Shown: positions 10,536-20,185 of the stretch, piece by piece
How positions within the stretch are numbered: position 1 is the stretch's first letter
Layout: each line of letters starts with the position of its first letter
Source: Tissierellia bacterium
GTDB taxonomy: Bacteria; Bacillota; Clostridia; Tissierellales; Tissierellaceae
NCBI GenBank assembly: GCA_012728125.1
Contig: JAAYFT010000127.1
Location: 862-64,861 of the forward strand
DNA length: 64,000 nucleotides
Reading direction: 5' to 3'
Made by a program: the position numbers and the translations under genes
Notes under the pieces: generated by a model
Databases searched by the model: none
Told to the model about the DNA's origin: nothing
Seen by the model: only the letters and a program-made list of their open reading frames with translations

Positions 10536-12692
10536 ATGTTAGAGAAATTGGTATCTAAAATTGAACAATATAATCCTAGAGCTGATTTAGGTTTAATTAT
10601 AGATGCATATCATTTTGCCGAATCAGCCCATGAAGGCCAAAAGAGAAATTCTGGTGAGAAATATTTCATCCATCCAGTTAATGTTGCTATGATTTTGGCT
10701 GATTTGAATATGGATACTGATACTATTGTTGCAGGTCTTCTGCATGATGTCATAGAAGATACAGATATCACATACGAAGAAATTGCTGAAAAATTTGGTG
10801 TTGAAATAGCAAACTTAGTAGAAGGCGTAACAAAACTTAAAAAATTGAAATATAAAACAAAACAGGAAAACCAAGCTGAAAATCTCAGAAAAATGGTCTT
10901 AGCTATGGCTAATGATATAAGGGTAATTATTGTAAAATTAGCTGATAGGCTTCATAATATGAGAACCCTTGAATATATGAGCGATGAAAAGAGGAAGGAA
11001 AAGGCTTTAGAAACTTTAGAAATCTATGCCCCCCTAGCCCATAGATTAGGGATTTCCACAATTAAATGGGAGTTAGAGGACCTTTCTCTAAGATATTTAG
11101 ATCCTGTAAATTACTATGATCTAGTAGATAGGGTTTCAAAGAGAAGGCAAGAAAGAGAAGAATATATTAAAGATATAATTAAAACCTTAAGCAATAAATT
11201 AGATGAAGTAAAAATAAAATATGATATAAGTGGAAGGCCTAAGAACTTTTACAGTATTTACAAAAAGATGGTTCATCAAGGAAAAGCCTTTGACCAAATA
11301 TTTGACTTAACAGCTATTAGAATAATAGTTGATGATATAAAAGACTGCTACGAAGTATTAGGAATTGTTCATAATCTTTGGAAACCTATACCAGGTAGAT
11401 TTAAAGACTATATTGCCATGCCTAAGCCAAATATGTATCAATCAATACACACTACTGTAATAGGGCCTAAAGGTGAAATATTTGAGGTTCAAATCCGTAC
11501 ATGGGAAATGCACAGGACTGCTGAATATGGAATTGCTGCCCATTGGAAGTATAAAGAGGGTAGAACGAAAACCGATAACTTTGATGAAAAACTTACATGG
11601 CTAAGACAACTATTGGAGTGGCAGTCAGAGTTAAATGATCCTAGAGATTTTATGGAGACTTTAAAAATCGACTTTTTCACCGATGAAGTTTTCGTATTTA
11701 CACCTAGAGGTGATGTAATTAACCTTCCAGATGGCTCAACACCTATAGATTTTGCCTATAGAGTCCATACTGAAGTGGGGAATAAATGTGTTGGAGCTAA
11801 GGTAGATGGTAGAATCGTACCATTAAACTACAGACTTAAAAACGGAAATATAGTAGAGATAATTACTTCTGCCAATAGCAATGGTCCTAGTAGGGACTGG
11901 CTAAAGATAGTAAAAAGCACCCAGGCCAAAACCAAAATTAAGCAATGGTTTAAAGTTAAAGAAAGAGACACAAATATTGTAAAGGGCAAGGATTTATTAG
12001 AGAAGGAACTAAAAAGACTGGGGTATAAGCCTTCTGAAATATTAAAAGATGAATGGCTCAAAAATATTGCAGATAAAGCAAGTATAAATTCTATAGATGA
12101 TTTATACGCAGCCTTAGGATATGGAAGTCTAAATTTAAATCAAGTTATTAATAAATTGAGGGCTCAATATAATGAATTTTATGAGATTGAAGACGAAAAA
12201 TCTATAACAGAAAGCAAAATTCAACAGTTCCCATATAAAAAACCTAGACATCACCAAGGAGTTCGTATAAAAGGCATTGATAACATTAAAATAAGGTTTT
12301 CTAAATGTTGTAATCCAGTTCCAGGTGATGAAATAGTAGGATATATTACTAGAGGAAGGGGAGTATCAGTCCACAGGGCTGATTGTCCAAATATAATATC
12401 AGATGATACAGAAAGATTTATAGAAGTGGAATGGGATTTCGATAAGAAAGTATCTTACCAAGCGGAAATACAGATTAAGGCAACAGACAGGGCAGGACTT
12501 TTAGCTGATATTACTCAAAGAATAACAGACGCTAATTTAACGGTTATCTCTTTAAATGCTAGGACATCAAGAAATAAGGTAGTATTTATTAACCTATTAC
12601 TTGAAATTAAGGATATAGAAGAACTAAGAGAAGTAATCAAAAAAGTTAGAAAGATTAAAAACGTAATGGATGTATATAGAGTTACAGCATAA
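10536..12692 (+). CDS. relA: bifunctional (p)ppGpp synthetase/guanosine-3',5'-bis(diphosphate) 3'-pyrophosphohydrolase (RelA/SpoT homologue)
   Basis: HD domain (HPVNVAMILADLNMD...LLHDVIEDT), synthetase domain (DYIAMPKPNMYQSIHTTV, FEVQIRTWEMHRTAEYGIAAHWKYKE), TGS and ACT domains. ATG 10536 follows AAAGGTGA. Confidence 0.97.
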   Translation: MLEKLVSKIEQYNPRADLGLIIDAYHFAESAHEGQKRNSGEKYFIHPVNVAMILADLNMDTDTIVAGLLHDVIEDTDITYEEIAEKFGVEIANLVEGVTKLKKLKYKTKQENQAENLRKMVLAMANDIRVIIVKLADRLHNMRTLEYMSDEKRKEKALETLEIYAPLAHRLGISTIKWELEDLSLRYLDPVNYYDLVDRVSKRRQEREEYIKDIIKTLSNKLDEVKIKYDISGRPKNFYSIYKKMVHQGKAFDQIFDLTAIRIIVDDIKDCYEVLGIVHNLWKPIPGRFKDYIAMPKPNMYQSIHTTVIGPKGEIFEVQIRTWEMHRTAEYGIAAHWKYKEGRTKTDNFDEKLTWLRQLLEWQSELNDPRDFMETLKIDFFTDEVFVFTPRGDVINLPDGSTPIDFAYRVHTEVGNKCVGAKVDGRIVPLNYRLKNGNIVEIITSANSNGPSRDWLKIVKSTQAKTKIKQWFKVKERDTNIVKGKDLLEKELKRLGYKPSEILKDEWLKNIADKASINSIDDLYAALGYGSLNLNQVINKLRAQYNEFYEIEDEKSITESKIQQFPYKKPRHHQGVRIKGIDNIKIRFSKCCNPVPGDEIVGYITRGRGVSVHRADCPNIISDDTERFIEVEWDFDKKVSYQAEIQIKATDRAGLLADITQRITDANLTVISLNARTSRNKVVFINLLLEIKDIEELREVIKKVRKIKNVMDVYRVTA

Positions 12693-12704
12693 GGAGTGAG
12701 TTGT

Positions 12705-13154
12705 TTGAGAGCAGTTATACAAAGGGTTTCACAAGCTTCAGTAAAAGTAGATGGTAAAATTGTGGGAGAAATAGGAAAGGGATTGTTAGTCCTACTAGGA
12801 GTAGGAAAAGAAGATAATATGACAGATTTAGATTATTTAGTTAATAAGGTAACTGGTCTTAGGATATTTGAAGATGAAAACGAGAAGATGAACCTATCTT
12901 TAATGGATATCAAGGGAGATTTATTGGTGGTTTCTCAATTTACCCTTTATGGAGATGTACGAAAGGGGAAAAGACCAAGTTTTACGGATTCAGCTCCGCC
13001 AGATATTGCAGAAGATATGTATCTTAAGTTTATAGACAAATGTATTGCAATGGGTATAAAAACAGAAAAAGGAATATTTGGTGCTGATATGAAAGTAAAT
13101 TTAGTAAACGATGGTCCCGTAACCATATTACTAGATAGTAAAAAAGTATTTTAG
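12705..13154 (+). CDS. dtd: D-aminoacyl-tRNA deacylase
   Basis: [33 protein letters not shown]..., [26 protein letters not shown] 12705 follows AAGGAGTGA. Confidence 0.95.
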   Translation: MRAVIQRVSQASVKVDGKIVGEIGKGLLVLLGVGKEDNMTDLDYLVNKVTGLRIFEDENEKMNLSLMDIKGDLLVVSQFTLYGDVRKGKRPSFTDSAPPDIAEDMYLKFIDKCIAMGIKTEKGIFGADMKVNLVNDGPVTILLDSKKVF

Positions 13155-13165
13155 AGGTGATATAA

Positions 13166-13798
13166 TTGAAATTGATTAGAGTTCAAGCAGGAGTATATGC
13201 AGTTAATTGCTATATTGTATATTGTGAAGATAAAAAAGAAGGTATAATAGTAGACCCAGGTGGAGATGTAGATGACATATTAGAGTTTGTTAAAGAAAAT
13301 GACTTAAGTATTAAATATTTAGTACTAACCCATGGTCATGGAGACCATATAGGGGGCTTGAAGGGATTAAAAGAAGCATTAAATGCTAAAATAGCCATTC
13401 ATGAAGCTGATGCTGAAATGCTAAAAGATGCTAATAAAAATCTTTCCTCTCAAATGCTTATGGGTAAAGTAGAGGTGGAACCTGATATTATATTGAAAGA
13501 AGGGGACATAATAGAATTTGGCAACGAAAAAGCTAAAGTAATCCATACACCTGGCCACACTTTAGGTGGCATCTGTTTGGAAATTCAAGATAATTTAATA
13601 ACAGGTGATACTTTGTTTGCAGGATCCATAGGAAGATCAGATCTATATGGGGGAGATTTTGATACTCTTATAAAATCAATTAAGGACAAACTAATGGTAT
13701 ATCCAGATGAAACAAAGATATTTCCAGGACACGGCTCTCCATCTACCATAGGTAGGGAAAGACGTGGAAATCCTTTCTTAAATAATATACAATATTAA
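13166..13798 (+). CDS. MBL-fold metallo-hydrolase (hydroxyacylglutathione hydrolase-like)
   Basis: LTHGHGDHIGG metal motif, HTPGHTLGG, GDTLFAGSIGRSDL, PGHG. Confidence 0.88.
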   Translation: MKLIRVQAGVYAVNCYIVYCEDKKEGIIVDPGGDVDDILEFVKENDLSIKYLVLTHGHGDHIGGLKGLKEALNAKIAIHEADAEMLKDANKNLSSQMLMGKVEVEPDIILKEGDIIEFGNEKAKVIHTPGHTLGGICLEIQDNLITGDTLFAGSIGRSDLYGGDFDTLIKSIKDKLMVYPDETKIFPGHGSPSTIGRERRGNPFLNNIQY

Positions 13799-13807
13799 GG
13801 TGATTAA

Positions 13808-15295
13808 GTGATTAAGGTCCTATTAAATAATCATGAGGTTAAAAACGATGTATTCGAATTGATTAGGGTATTCTTTCCAGGGGAAGAAATTATTCTACTG
13901 GAAAATGTAGATAAGCTTTCTAAAGATGGTTTATCTATCATTAGTTCTTTGGAAAATTTAAATGGTAAACTATATTCTAATACTGAAGTTTATAGGGATA
14001 ATAATTTAATCAGTCAATATCAGGAAGATATTGATTTAATAAAGATTTATAGGGATTCTATTGAAAAGGATATACGAATCGGTATAAAAAAATCTTTATT
14101 TAATGCCCTAAAAGAGGTAACAGATAGGGAAATACCTTGGGGTATATTAACTGGCATAAGACCAGTTAAAATTGTACACGAATTATTAAGTAAAGGTATA
14201 GGGGATAAAGAAATAATAAGGGTTCTTACAGAGGAATATAAACTTTATGATTCAAAGGCTAAGCTAATACTAGATATAGGAAAAAGACAGATAGGCCATA
14301 TATACCCCTTAAATAAGCATAGGTTTAGCCTATATATAAGTATACCATTTTGTCCTACTAGGTGTTTATACTGTTCCTTTCCAACTTTACCCCTAGGTAG
14401 ATTTAAAAATTATATTGAAGAATACGTGTCTAAACTAATATATGAAATTAAATCTATAAAGAAGCTTACAGAAGGAATGGAGATAAATACCGTATATATA
14501 GGAGGAGGTACACCAACAGCTATTCCGCCAAAGGAATTGGAAAAGATAATACAGGAAGTTTACAATAGCTTTGGCGAGAAAAACATAAAAGAATTTACTG
14601 TAGAAGCTGGAAGGCCAGATACGATTACTGAAGAATATCTTAGGGTTTTAAATAAAAATAAAATTAATAGGATTAGCATTAATCCACAAACTATGAATAA
14701 TAATACCCTAAAATTAATAGGTAGACAACATAGTGCAGAAGATATTATAAAAACTTATAACTTAGCTAAAGAAATTGGATTTCCAATAATAAATATGGAT
14801 TTAATTGTAGGTCTGCCCAGCGAAGGTGTAATAGAAATTCAAAAAACCTTAGGTGAAATAAAAAAACTTGATCCAGAAAACTTAACTGTTCACACCCTTT
14901 CTATAAAGAGAGGTTCAAAATTTATAAATACATTGGAAGAATATGATTTAGAAAGCCAAGACACCATTGGAAATATGTTGGAAGAAACAATTACGTACTC
15001 AAAAGAAATGGGCTTAATACCATACTACCTATATAGGCAGAAGCAAATACTGGGGAATTTTGAAAATATTGGCTATGCTAAACCCAATATGGAATGTATC
15101 TATAATATAGCTATTATGGAAGAAAAGGAAACTATTATTGGGGCTGGTATGGGAGCTGTTTCTAAGGTGTTCTTCCCTGAGGAAAATAGGTTAGAAAGGG
15201 TTCCTAATTTTAGGGATATAAAAGAGTATATTGAGAGAATAGAAGAGCAAATTAAAAATAAGGAAAAGGTTGTAAAGGATCTATTACTCTCTTGA
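13808..15295 (+). CDS. hemZ: HemN-family radical SAM enzyme (coproporphyrinogen dehydrogenase HemZ-like)
   Basis: LYISIPFCPTRCLYCSF (CX3CX2C), YIGGGTPT, RISINPQT. The long N-terminal extension is typical of HemZ. The position between dtd/MBL and aspS is common in Clostridia. Confidence 0.8.
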   Translation: MIKVLLNNHEVKNDVFELIRVFFPGEEIILLENVDKLSKDGLSIISSLENLNGKLYSNTEVYRDNNLISQYQEDIDLIKIYRDSIEKDIRIGIKKSLFNALKEVTDREIPWGILTGIRPVKIVHELLSKGIGDKEIIRVLTEEYKLYDSKAKLILDIGKRQIGHIYPLNKHRFSLYISIPFCPTRCLYCSFPTLPLGRFKNYIEEYVSKLIYEIKSIKKLTEGMEINTVYIGGGTPTAIPPKELEKIIQEVYNSFGEKNIKEFTVEAGRPDTITEEYLRVLNKNKINRISINPQTMNNNTLKLIGRQHSAEDIIKTYNLAKEIGFPIINMDLIVGLPSEGVIEIQKTLGEIKKLDPENLTVHTLSIKRGSKFINTLEEYDLESQDTIGNMLEETITYSKEMGLIPYYLYRQKQILGNFENIGYAKPNMECIYNIAIMEEKETIIGAGMGAVSKVFFPEENRLERVPNFRDIKEYIERIEEQIKNKEKVVKDLLLS

Positions 15296-15320
15296 CACTT
15301 TCTTATAATTATCTTATAAT
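15292..15320 (+). promoter_or_regulatory. sigma-A-type promoter for the aspS leader
   Basis: TTGACA (15292-15297), 17-nt spacer, TATAAT (15315-15320). The -35 box overlaps the hemZ stop codon. Confidence 0.6.
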
Positions 15321-15327
15321 AATTGAC

Positions 15328-15552
15328 AACATAATACTAATTACTATGAAGAAGAAGAGTAGTTAAATCCCTTAGTTATAGAGAGTCGGCGAGGGTGGAA
15401 AGCCGGCACTAATATTTAACGAAGACACTTCGGAGTAGATAATCGAAAGATTATCCGCAGTATGCGTTATCTAAATGAGTGAGGAATTCCTAATTAGGGT
15501 GGTACCGCGAGCTAACCTCTCGTCCCTGAATATCAGAGATGGGAGGTTTTTA
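15328..15552 (+). promoter_or_regulatory. T-box riboswitch leader with Asp (GAC) specifier, controlling aspS
   Basis: Stem I elements AGAGAG and GGTGGAAAG. Specifier context GAA-GAC-A (GAC at 15424-15426). Conserved T-box AATTAGGGTGGTACCGCG (15492-15509). Terminator CCTCTCGTCCC...GGGAGG plus T5 ends at about 15551. Confidence 0.9.
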
Positions 15553-15584
15553 TATTTTAGGATACTATAATAGGAGGTAATGAT

Positions 15585-17363
15585 ATGGGAGAAAAAATGG
15601 GTAATTTAAGAAGGACGATGATGTGCGGAGAATTAAGGCCTGAACATGCTGGAAAAGAAGTAGTACTCATGGGCTGGGTACAAAGAGAAAGGAATTTAGG
15701 CTCTATTATATTCGTTGATTTAAGAGATACTACAGGCATATGTCAAATAGTATTCGATAATACAGTTTCAGATGAGGTATTTTCAAAAGCAGAAAAAGTG
15801 AGGGCAGAGTACGTATTGGCTATCCGTGGAAAAGTCAGAATTAGGCAATCAATAAATAAGGAGATACCAACAGGAGAAGTAGAAGTCTTGGCAGAAGAGT
15901 TAAGAATACTAGATGAGTCAGAAACTCCACCTATCTATATTAAAGATGATGATAATGTATCAGAATCTATGAGATTAAAATATAGATATTTAGATTTAAG
16001 AAAACCATCAATGCAGGAGAGATTAAAGGTTAGGGCTAAGACTGCCAAAGTAGTAAGAGACTTCCTAAGTGAAAATAACTTCATAGAAGTTGAAACACCA
16101 ATGTTGACTAAGCCAACTCCAGAAGGAGCAAGGGACTATTTAGTACCAAGTAGGGTTAATCCTGGTGAGTTCTATGCCTTACCTCAGTCCCCTCAAATTA
16201 TGAAACAGCTCCTTATGATTGCTGGAATGGACAGATACTATCAAATAGTCAAATGTTTTAGAGACGAGGATTTAAGAGCTAATAGGCAACCAGAATTTAC
16301 ACAAATCGACATTGAAATGTCCTTTGTAGATATGGAGGACGTAATGGCTATAAATGAAAAGCTTATCCATAGAATATTTAAAGAAATAAAAGGCATTGAA
16401 ATTGAATTACCAATTAGAAGAATGACCTATAAGGAAGCCATGGAGAGATATGGTGTAGATAAACCAGATTTAAGATTTGGATTTGAATTAGTTAATATTT
16501 CTGATATAGTTGAAAATAGTGGCTTTAGAGTATTTAGCCAGACCATAGAGAATAATGGATCTGTAAGGGGTATAAATGTTAAGGGATATGGAGATAGATT
16601 TACAAGAAAGGATATTTCTTCTTTAGAAGAATATGCAAAGACTTATGGAGCTAAGGGCTTAGCCTGGATTAAGATAACAGATGAAGGCGTAAGCTCTCCT
16701 ATAGCAAAATTCCTTGGGGAAGAAGAACTATCCAATATTCTAACTAGAATGAATGGAGATAAGGGAGATCTACTTTTATTTGTAGCAGATAAGGATCCTG
16801 TAGTATTTGATAGTTTAGGGAATTTGAGAAATGAAGTTGCAAGAAGGTTAGAGATTTTGGACCCAGAAGAATTAAAATTAGTATGGATTACTGAGTTTCC
16901 ATTGTTTGAATATGATGAAGAAGAAAATAGGTATGTTGCTAAACACCATCCTTTCACCCATCCAATGGATGAAGATATAGATCTACTTGAAACTCATCCT
17001 GAAAAAGTTAGGGCAAAAGCTTATGATATTGTAATCAATGGAGAAGAAATGGGTGGAGGTAGCATTAGGATCAACAATTCAGACCTTCAAAAAAGAATGT
17101 TTAAGGCCCTTGGATTTACTGAAGAAGAAGCAATGGAAAAGTTTGGTTTCCTAATAGAAGCCTTTAAATATGGCGCTCCTCCTCATGGTGGTATAGCCTA
17201 TGGATTCGATAGATTAATAATGCTATTAACAAATACATCAAATATAAGAGATGTAATAGCATTTCCTAAAACTCAATCTGCCACATGCCTAATGACTAAT
17301 GCCCCTACTACTGTGTCTGATGACCAATTAAAAGAAGTTCATATAAAACTTGATATAGAGTAA
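15585..17363 (+). CDS. aspS: aspartate--tRNA ligase
   Basis: Class II motifs: FYALPQSPQIMKQLLM, CFRDEDLRANRQPEFTQID, GGGSIRI, PPHGGIAYGFDRL. ATG lies 7 nt after AGGAGG. Confidence 0.98.
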   Translation: MGEKMGNLRRTMMCGELRPEHAGKEVVLMGWVQRERNLGSIIFVDLRDTTGICQIVFDNTVSDEVFSKAEKVRAEYVLAIRGKVRIRQSINKEIPTGEVEVLAEELRILDESETPPIYIKDDDNVSESMRLKYRYLDLRKPSMQERLKVRAKTAKVVRDFLSENNFIEVETPMLTKPTPEGARDYLVPSRVNPGEFYALPQSPQIMKQLLMIAGMDRYYQIVKCFRDEDLRANRQPEFTQIDIEMSFVDMEDVMAINEKLIHRIFKEIKGIEIELPIRRMTYKEAMERYGVDKPDLRFGFELVNISDIVENSGFRVFSQTIENNGSVRGINVKGYGDRFTRKDISSLEEYAKTYGAKGLAWIKITDEGVSSPIAKFLGEEELSNILTRMNGDKGDLLLFVADKDPVVFDSLGNLRNEVARRLEILDPEELKLVWITEFPLFEYDEEENRYVAKHHPFTHPMDEDIDLLETHPEKVRAKAYDIVINGEEMGGGSIRINNSDLQKRMFKALGFTEEEAMEKFGFLIEAFKYGAPPHGGIAYGFDRLIMLLTNTSNIRDVIAFPKTQSATCLMTNAPTTVSDDQLKEVHIKLDIE

Positions 17364-17384
17364 GATAATTGGAAGGAGAATTAT

Positions 17385-18095
17385 ATGACTAATCCCTTTT
17401 TAAGATCAGAATTACTCCTTGGCAAAGAGGCCATGAAAAGACTTGCAAATTCAACTGTTGCAGTCTTTGGAATTGGTGGTGTAGGTTCTTTTGCAGTAGA
17501 GGCATTGGTAAGAACAGGAATTGGTAACATTTTTCTAATAGATTATGATATAATAGATATAACAAATATAAATAGGCAAATCCATGCTACAAGCAAGACT
17601 ATAGGACTTCCTAAAGTAGACGTTATGAAGGAAAGGATATTAGACATAAATCCAAGCTTAAAAGTAACTACTTTTAAAGAAAAATACAGTTCAGAAACTA
17701 AAGACCTTCTACTTTCTCATAAATATAATTATGTAATAGATGCCATAGATATGATATCTGCGAAGATAGATTTAATCGTAGAATGTAAAAATAGAAATAT
17801 TCCTATTATAAGCTCCATGGGAGCAGGAAATAAACTTAATCCAACGATGTTTAAAGTAGGAGATATTTATTCTACTAAAGTTTGTCCTTTAGCTAAGGTA
17901 ATGAGAAGTGAATTAAGAAAGAGAAATGTGAAGGATTTAAAGGTAGTTTGGTCTGAAGAGGTACCAAAGCCTGTTAATCTAGAGAAGGAAAGCCTTAGGA
18001 AGGCCGTGCCGGGTAGTATAGGCTTTGTTCCTTCAGTTGTAGGTCTAATATTAGCTTCTGAAGTAATTAAAGATATTGGATTACAGGAGGTGTGA
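17385..18095 (+). CDS. tcdA: tRNA threonylcarbamoyladenosine dehydratase (ThiF/TcdA family)
   Basis: VAVFGIGGVGSFAVEALVRTGIGNIFLIDYDIIDITNINRQ Rossmann/ThiF signature. It follows aspS as yrvM does in B. subtilis. Confidence 0.85.
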   Translation: MTNPFLRSELLLGKEAMKRLANSTVAVFGIGGVGSFAVEALVRTGIGNIFLIDYDIIDITNINRQIHATSKTIGLPKVDVMKERILDINPSLKVTTFKEKYSSETKDLLLSHKYNYVIDAIDMISAKIDLIVECKNRNIPIISSMGAGNKLNPTMFKVGDIYSTKVCPLAKVMRSELRKRNVKDLKVVWSEEVPKPVNLEKESLRKAVPGSIGFVPSVVGLILASEVIKDIGLQEV

Positions 18096-18096
18096 T

Positions 18097-18516
18097 ATGG
18101 AACAAGTAGGACTTATTAGAAAGGTAGATAAAAATAAAGTAGAAGTTGAAGTTAGAAGAATTTCTGGTTGTGGCGGAGGATGTAAAACCTGTAGTGGTTG
18201 TGATACTCCTAGTCATATAGTTATTATTCCAAATACTTTAAATGCTAAAGTTGGGGATCTTGTTGAACTAAAAGGAGAGACTAAAAATATACTAAAATAT
18301 ACTATGGTTGTATATATGATTCCATTCGGTTTGTTAATATTTGGTATTTTAATGGGGATGACCCTATTAAAAAGTCGAGGTATAGATTACTATGAACCTT
18401 TAAGCTTCTTAATTGGTCTAGTATTTATGGCTTTTGGTTATTTAATAGTAAAAATTGTAGATAAAAAAATAGCAGAAAAAGAAGATGATATTGTAAAAAT
18501 GACAAAAATTCTTTAA
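18097..18516 (+). CDS. RseC/MucC-family (SoxR-reducing-system-like) Cys-rich membrane protein
   Basis: N-terminal beta region with CGGGCKTCSGC followed by two TM helices. ATG 18097 follows GGAGGTG and sits 1 nt after the tcdA stop. Confidence 0.6.
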   Translation: MEQVGLIRKVDKNKVEVEVRRISGCGGGCKTCSGCDTPSHIVIIPNTLNAKVGDLVELKGETKNILKYTMVVYMIPFGLLIFGILMGMTLLKSRGIDYYEPLSFLIGLVFMAFGYLIVKIVDKKIAEKEDDIVKMTKIL

Positions 18517-18540
18517 CAAGCAAAAATTCTTAAATAAGGG

Positions 18541-18810
18541 GTGGAAGTATTGATAGATAGACAGGCCGTTATTAAAAGATTGAGAAGAGTTGAGGGGCAG
18601 ATAAAGGGAATACAGAAGATGGTAGAAGAAGAAAAATTCTGCGGGGATATATTAATTCAAGTAGCAGCTGCTAGAGCAGCGCTAAATAGTGTTGGAGGAT
18701 TAATATTGCAAAACTATATGAAAAATTGTATCCATGAATATTTAGAAGGCCAATCTGAGGAAGAAGCACTAAATCAACTAGTTGAAACAATGATTAAGTA
18801 TACAAAATAA
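18541..18810 (+). CDS. CsoR/RcnR/CstR-family (DUF156) metal- or persulfide-sensing transcriptional repressor
   Basis: RLRRVEGQIKGIQKMVEEEKFCGDILIQVAAARAALNSVG is the family signature. Cys34 and Cys63 are present, and Tyr59 sits where Cu-CsoR has His. Confidence 0.8.
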   Translation: MEVLIDRQAVIKRLRRVEGQIKGIQKMVEEEKFCGDILIQVAAARAALNSVGGLILQNYMKNCIHEYLEGQSEEEALNQLVETMIKYTK

Positions 18811-18812
18811 TG

Positions 18813-19250
18813 TTAATCCTTTTGCCTTACCCGTTTTATGGATCTAGAGAATAATGAAGATATGATAATACCCATGGATATTGCTGCTGCGATAAATAAA
18901 GTTTCTGCTCCTTTGGTGGCAGCCTGGGAAAAATTGTTTTCAATTAAATACAACATTGTATAATATGCGCCAGCACCTGGTACCAAAGGGATTATACCTG
19001 CGGTAATATATAAGGTCGCTGGCTTTTTGTTTTTTCTAGCTAAAAATTCTCCCAATAGGCCTACAGTCAAAGCACCAAAAAAAGTGGAAGCTACATAGCT
19101 ATCCATAGTTATAAAACTTATATAGTAAAACATCCATCCAATTGCTCCTACAAGTCCTGCGTGTACAATTGATTTTTTAGGAGAGTTAAAAAGAACTGCA
19201 AATCCTATAGTAGACATAAAAGAAAAAACGAATTGCTTAATTATTTCCAT
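18813..19250 (-). CDS. threonine/serine exporter family protein, small subunit (ThrE_2/YjjB-like)
   Basis: 145 aa with 4-5 TM segments and a GIIPLVPGAGAY motif. Paired with the upstream DUF1212-type gene. Confidence 0.75.
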   Translation of the reverse strand: MEIIKQFVFSFMSTIGFAVLFNSPKKSIVHAGLVGAIGWMFYYISFITMDSYVASTFFGALTVGLLGEFLARKNKKPATLYITAGIIPLVPGAGAYYTMLYLIENNFSQAATKGAETLFIAAAISMGIIISSLFSRSIKRVRQKD

Positions 19251-19262
19251 ATTAGTAGCCTC

Positions 19263-20036
19263 CTATGAAAAAATGAGTACAATACCAACGCCAAAGGCAA
19301 TGGCAAGGGCAGAAAATACCGCTTCCATTCCCCTAGATAATCCAGACATGAAATCTCCAGACATGGTATCCCTAATGGCATTAGTAATGGCAACCCCAGG
19401 TACTAATGGCATTATGGCACCAATTATTACCTTATCAAGGTTTTCACCTATGCCCAATTTAATGAGAAAATAGGATAGGATACTGATAAATACCGAACCA
19501 ATGAATTTATCAATAAAAAAGGAGACTTTCAATCTTGATATATGATTTATTAAAAAGGACACTATAAAACTGACTATAAAAGAGCTAATAAAATCTAGCT
19601 TAGTTCCTTGGAATAGTAAACAGAAAAAGCTAGAAGCAATGGCTCCGAACAAGGCTTTAGTAACATTGGAATAAATATTAATTTTACTTATCCTTTTAAT
19701 TTCTTTTATCCCATCATCAATTGACATTTGCGAATTTACAAAGTTTCGTGAAAACTCATTTACTAAAGCTATCTTATTTAGGTTTATAGATATGGTTTTT
19801 ACCCTTTTTATATAAGATATTAATTCGCCTTTATATTCTAAGGATATAAAGATACCTGTAGGTATGACAAAGGCGTCTACATATTGAATTTCCTTTCTAG
19901 ATTGACAGATTCTAGTTACAGTATCTTCAACCCTGTAGGTTTCAGCACCGGATTTGAGCATTAATCGACCTGCTAAAGTAGCTAGAACTAATAATTTCTT
20001 AACTTCTTCTCTTTCATTGTCTTTGAGATAAGTCAT
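19263..20036 (-). CDS. threonine/serine exporter family protein, large subunit (ThrE/DUF1212, YjjP-like)
   Basis: LATLAGRLMLKSGAETYRVEDTVTRI N-terminal signature and C-terminal IMPLVPGVAITNAIRD motif. Confidence 0.78.
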   Translation of the reverse strand: MTYLKDNEREEVKKLLVLATLAGRLMLKSGAETYRVEDTVTRICQSRKEIQYVDAFVIPTGIFISLEYKGELISYIKRVKTISINLNKIALVNEFSRNFVNSQMSIDDGIKEIKRISKINIYSNVTKALFGAIASSFFCLLFQGTKLDFISSFIVSFIVSFLINHISRLKVSFFIDKFIGSVFISILSYFLIKLGIGENLDKVIIGAIMPLVPGVAITNAIRDTMSGDFMSGLSRGMEAVFSALAIAFGVGIVLIFS

Positions 20037-20061
20037 AATTTACATCCCTCTAATAATATTC

Positions 20062-20090
20062 TTGTAAAATGGAAAGAATACCTATATAAT
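20062..20090 (+). promoter_or_regulatory. sigma-A-type promoter upstream of glyA
   Basis: TTGTAA (20062-20067), 17-nt spacer, TATAAT (20085-20090). Confidence 0.55.
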
Positions 20091-20185
20091 GTTAATGGAT
20101 AATACAAAAGTACTTATTAACATTATATTACTTTTTTGCAGTTTAATTCAAGTACTTAAAAAGAAGAAAAAGGAGAGATAAGAGA

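Noticed and set aside
17364-17384. 6S RNA (bsrA/ssrS), which lies between aspS and yrvM in B. subtilis. I also looked for the ylbH leader RNA upstream of rsmD (62000-62062).
   Set aside because: The aspS-tcdA gap here is only 21 nt. The recG-rsmD gap is about 60 nt of unstructured AT-rich sequence. Neither can hold the corresponding RNA.
20090-20125. 8-bp inverted repeat ATGTTAAT...ATTAACAT in the glyA leader as a possible riboswitch (ZTP/THF) or PurR box.
   Set aside because: The leader is short and almost purely A/T, and it lacks the GC-rich conserved cores of the ZTP or THF aptamers. The repeat is within what chance produces in this composition.
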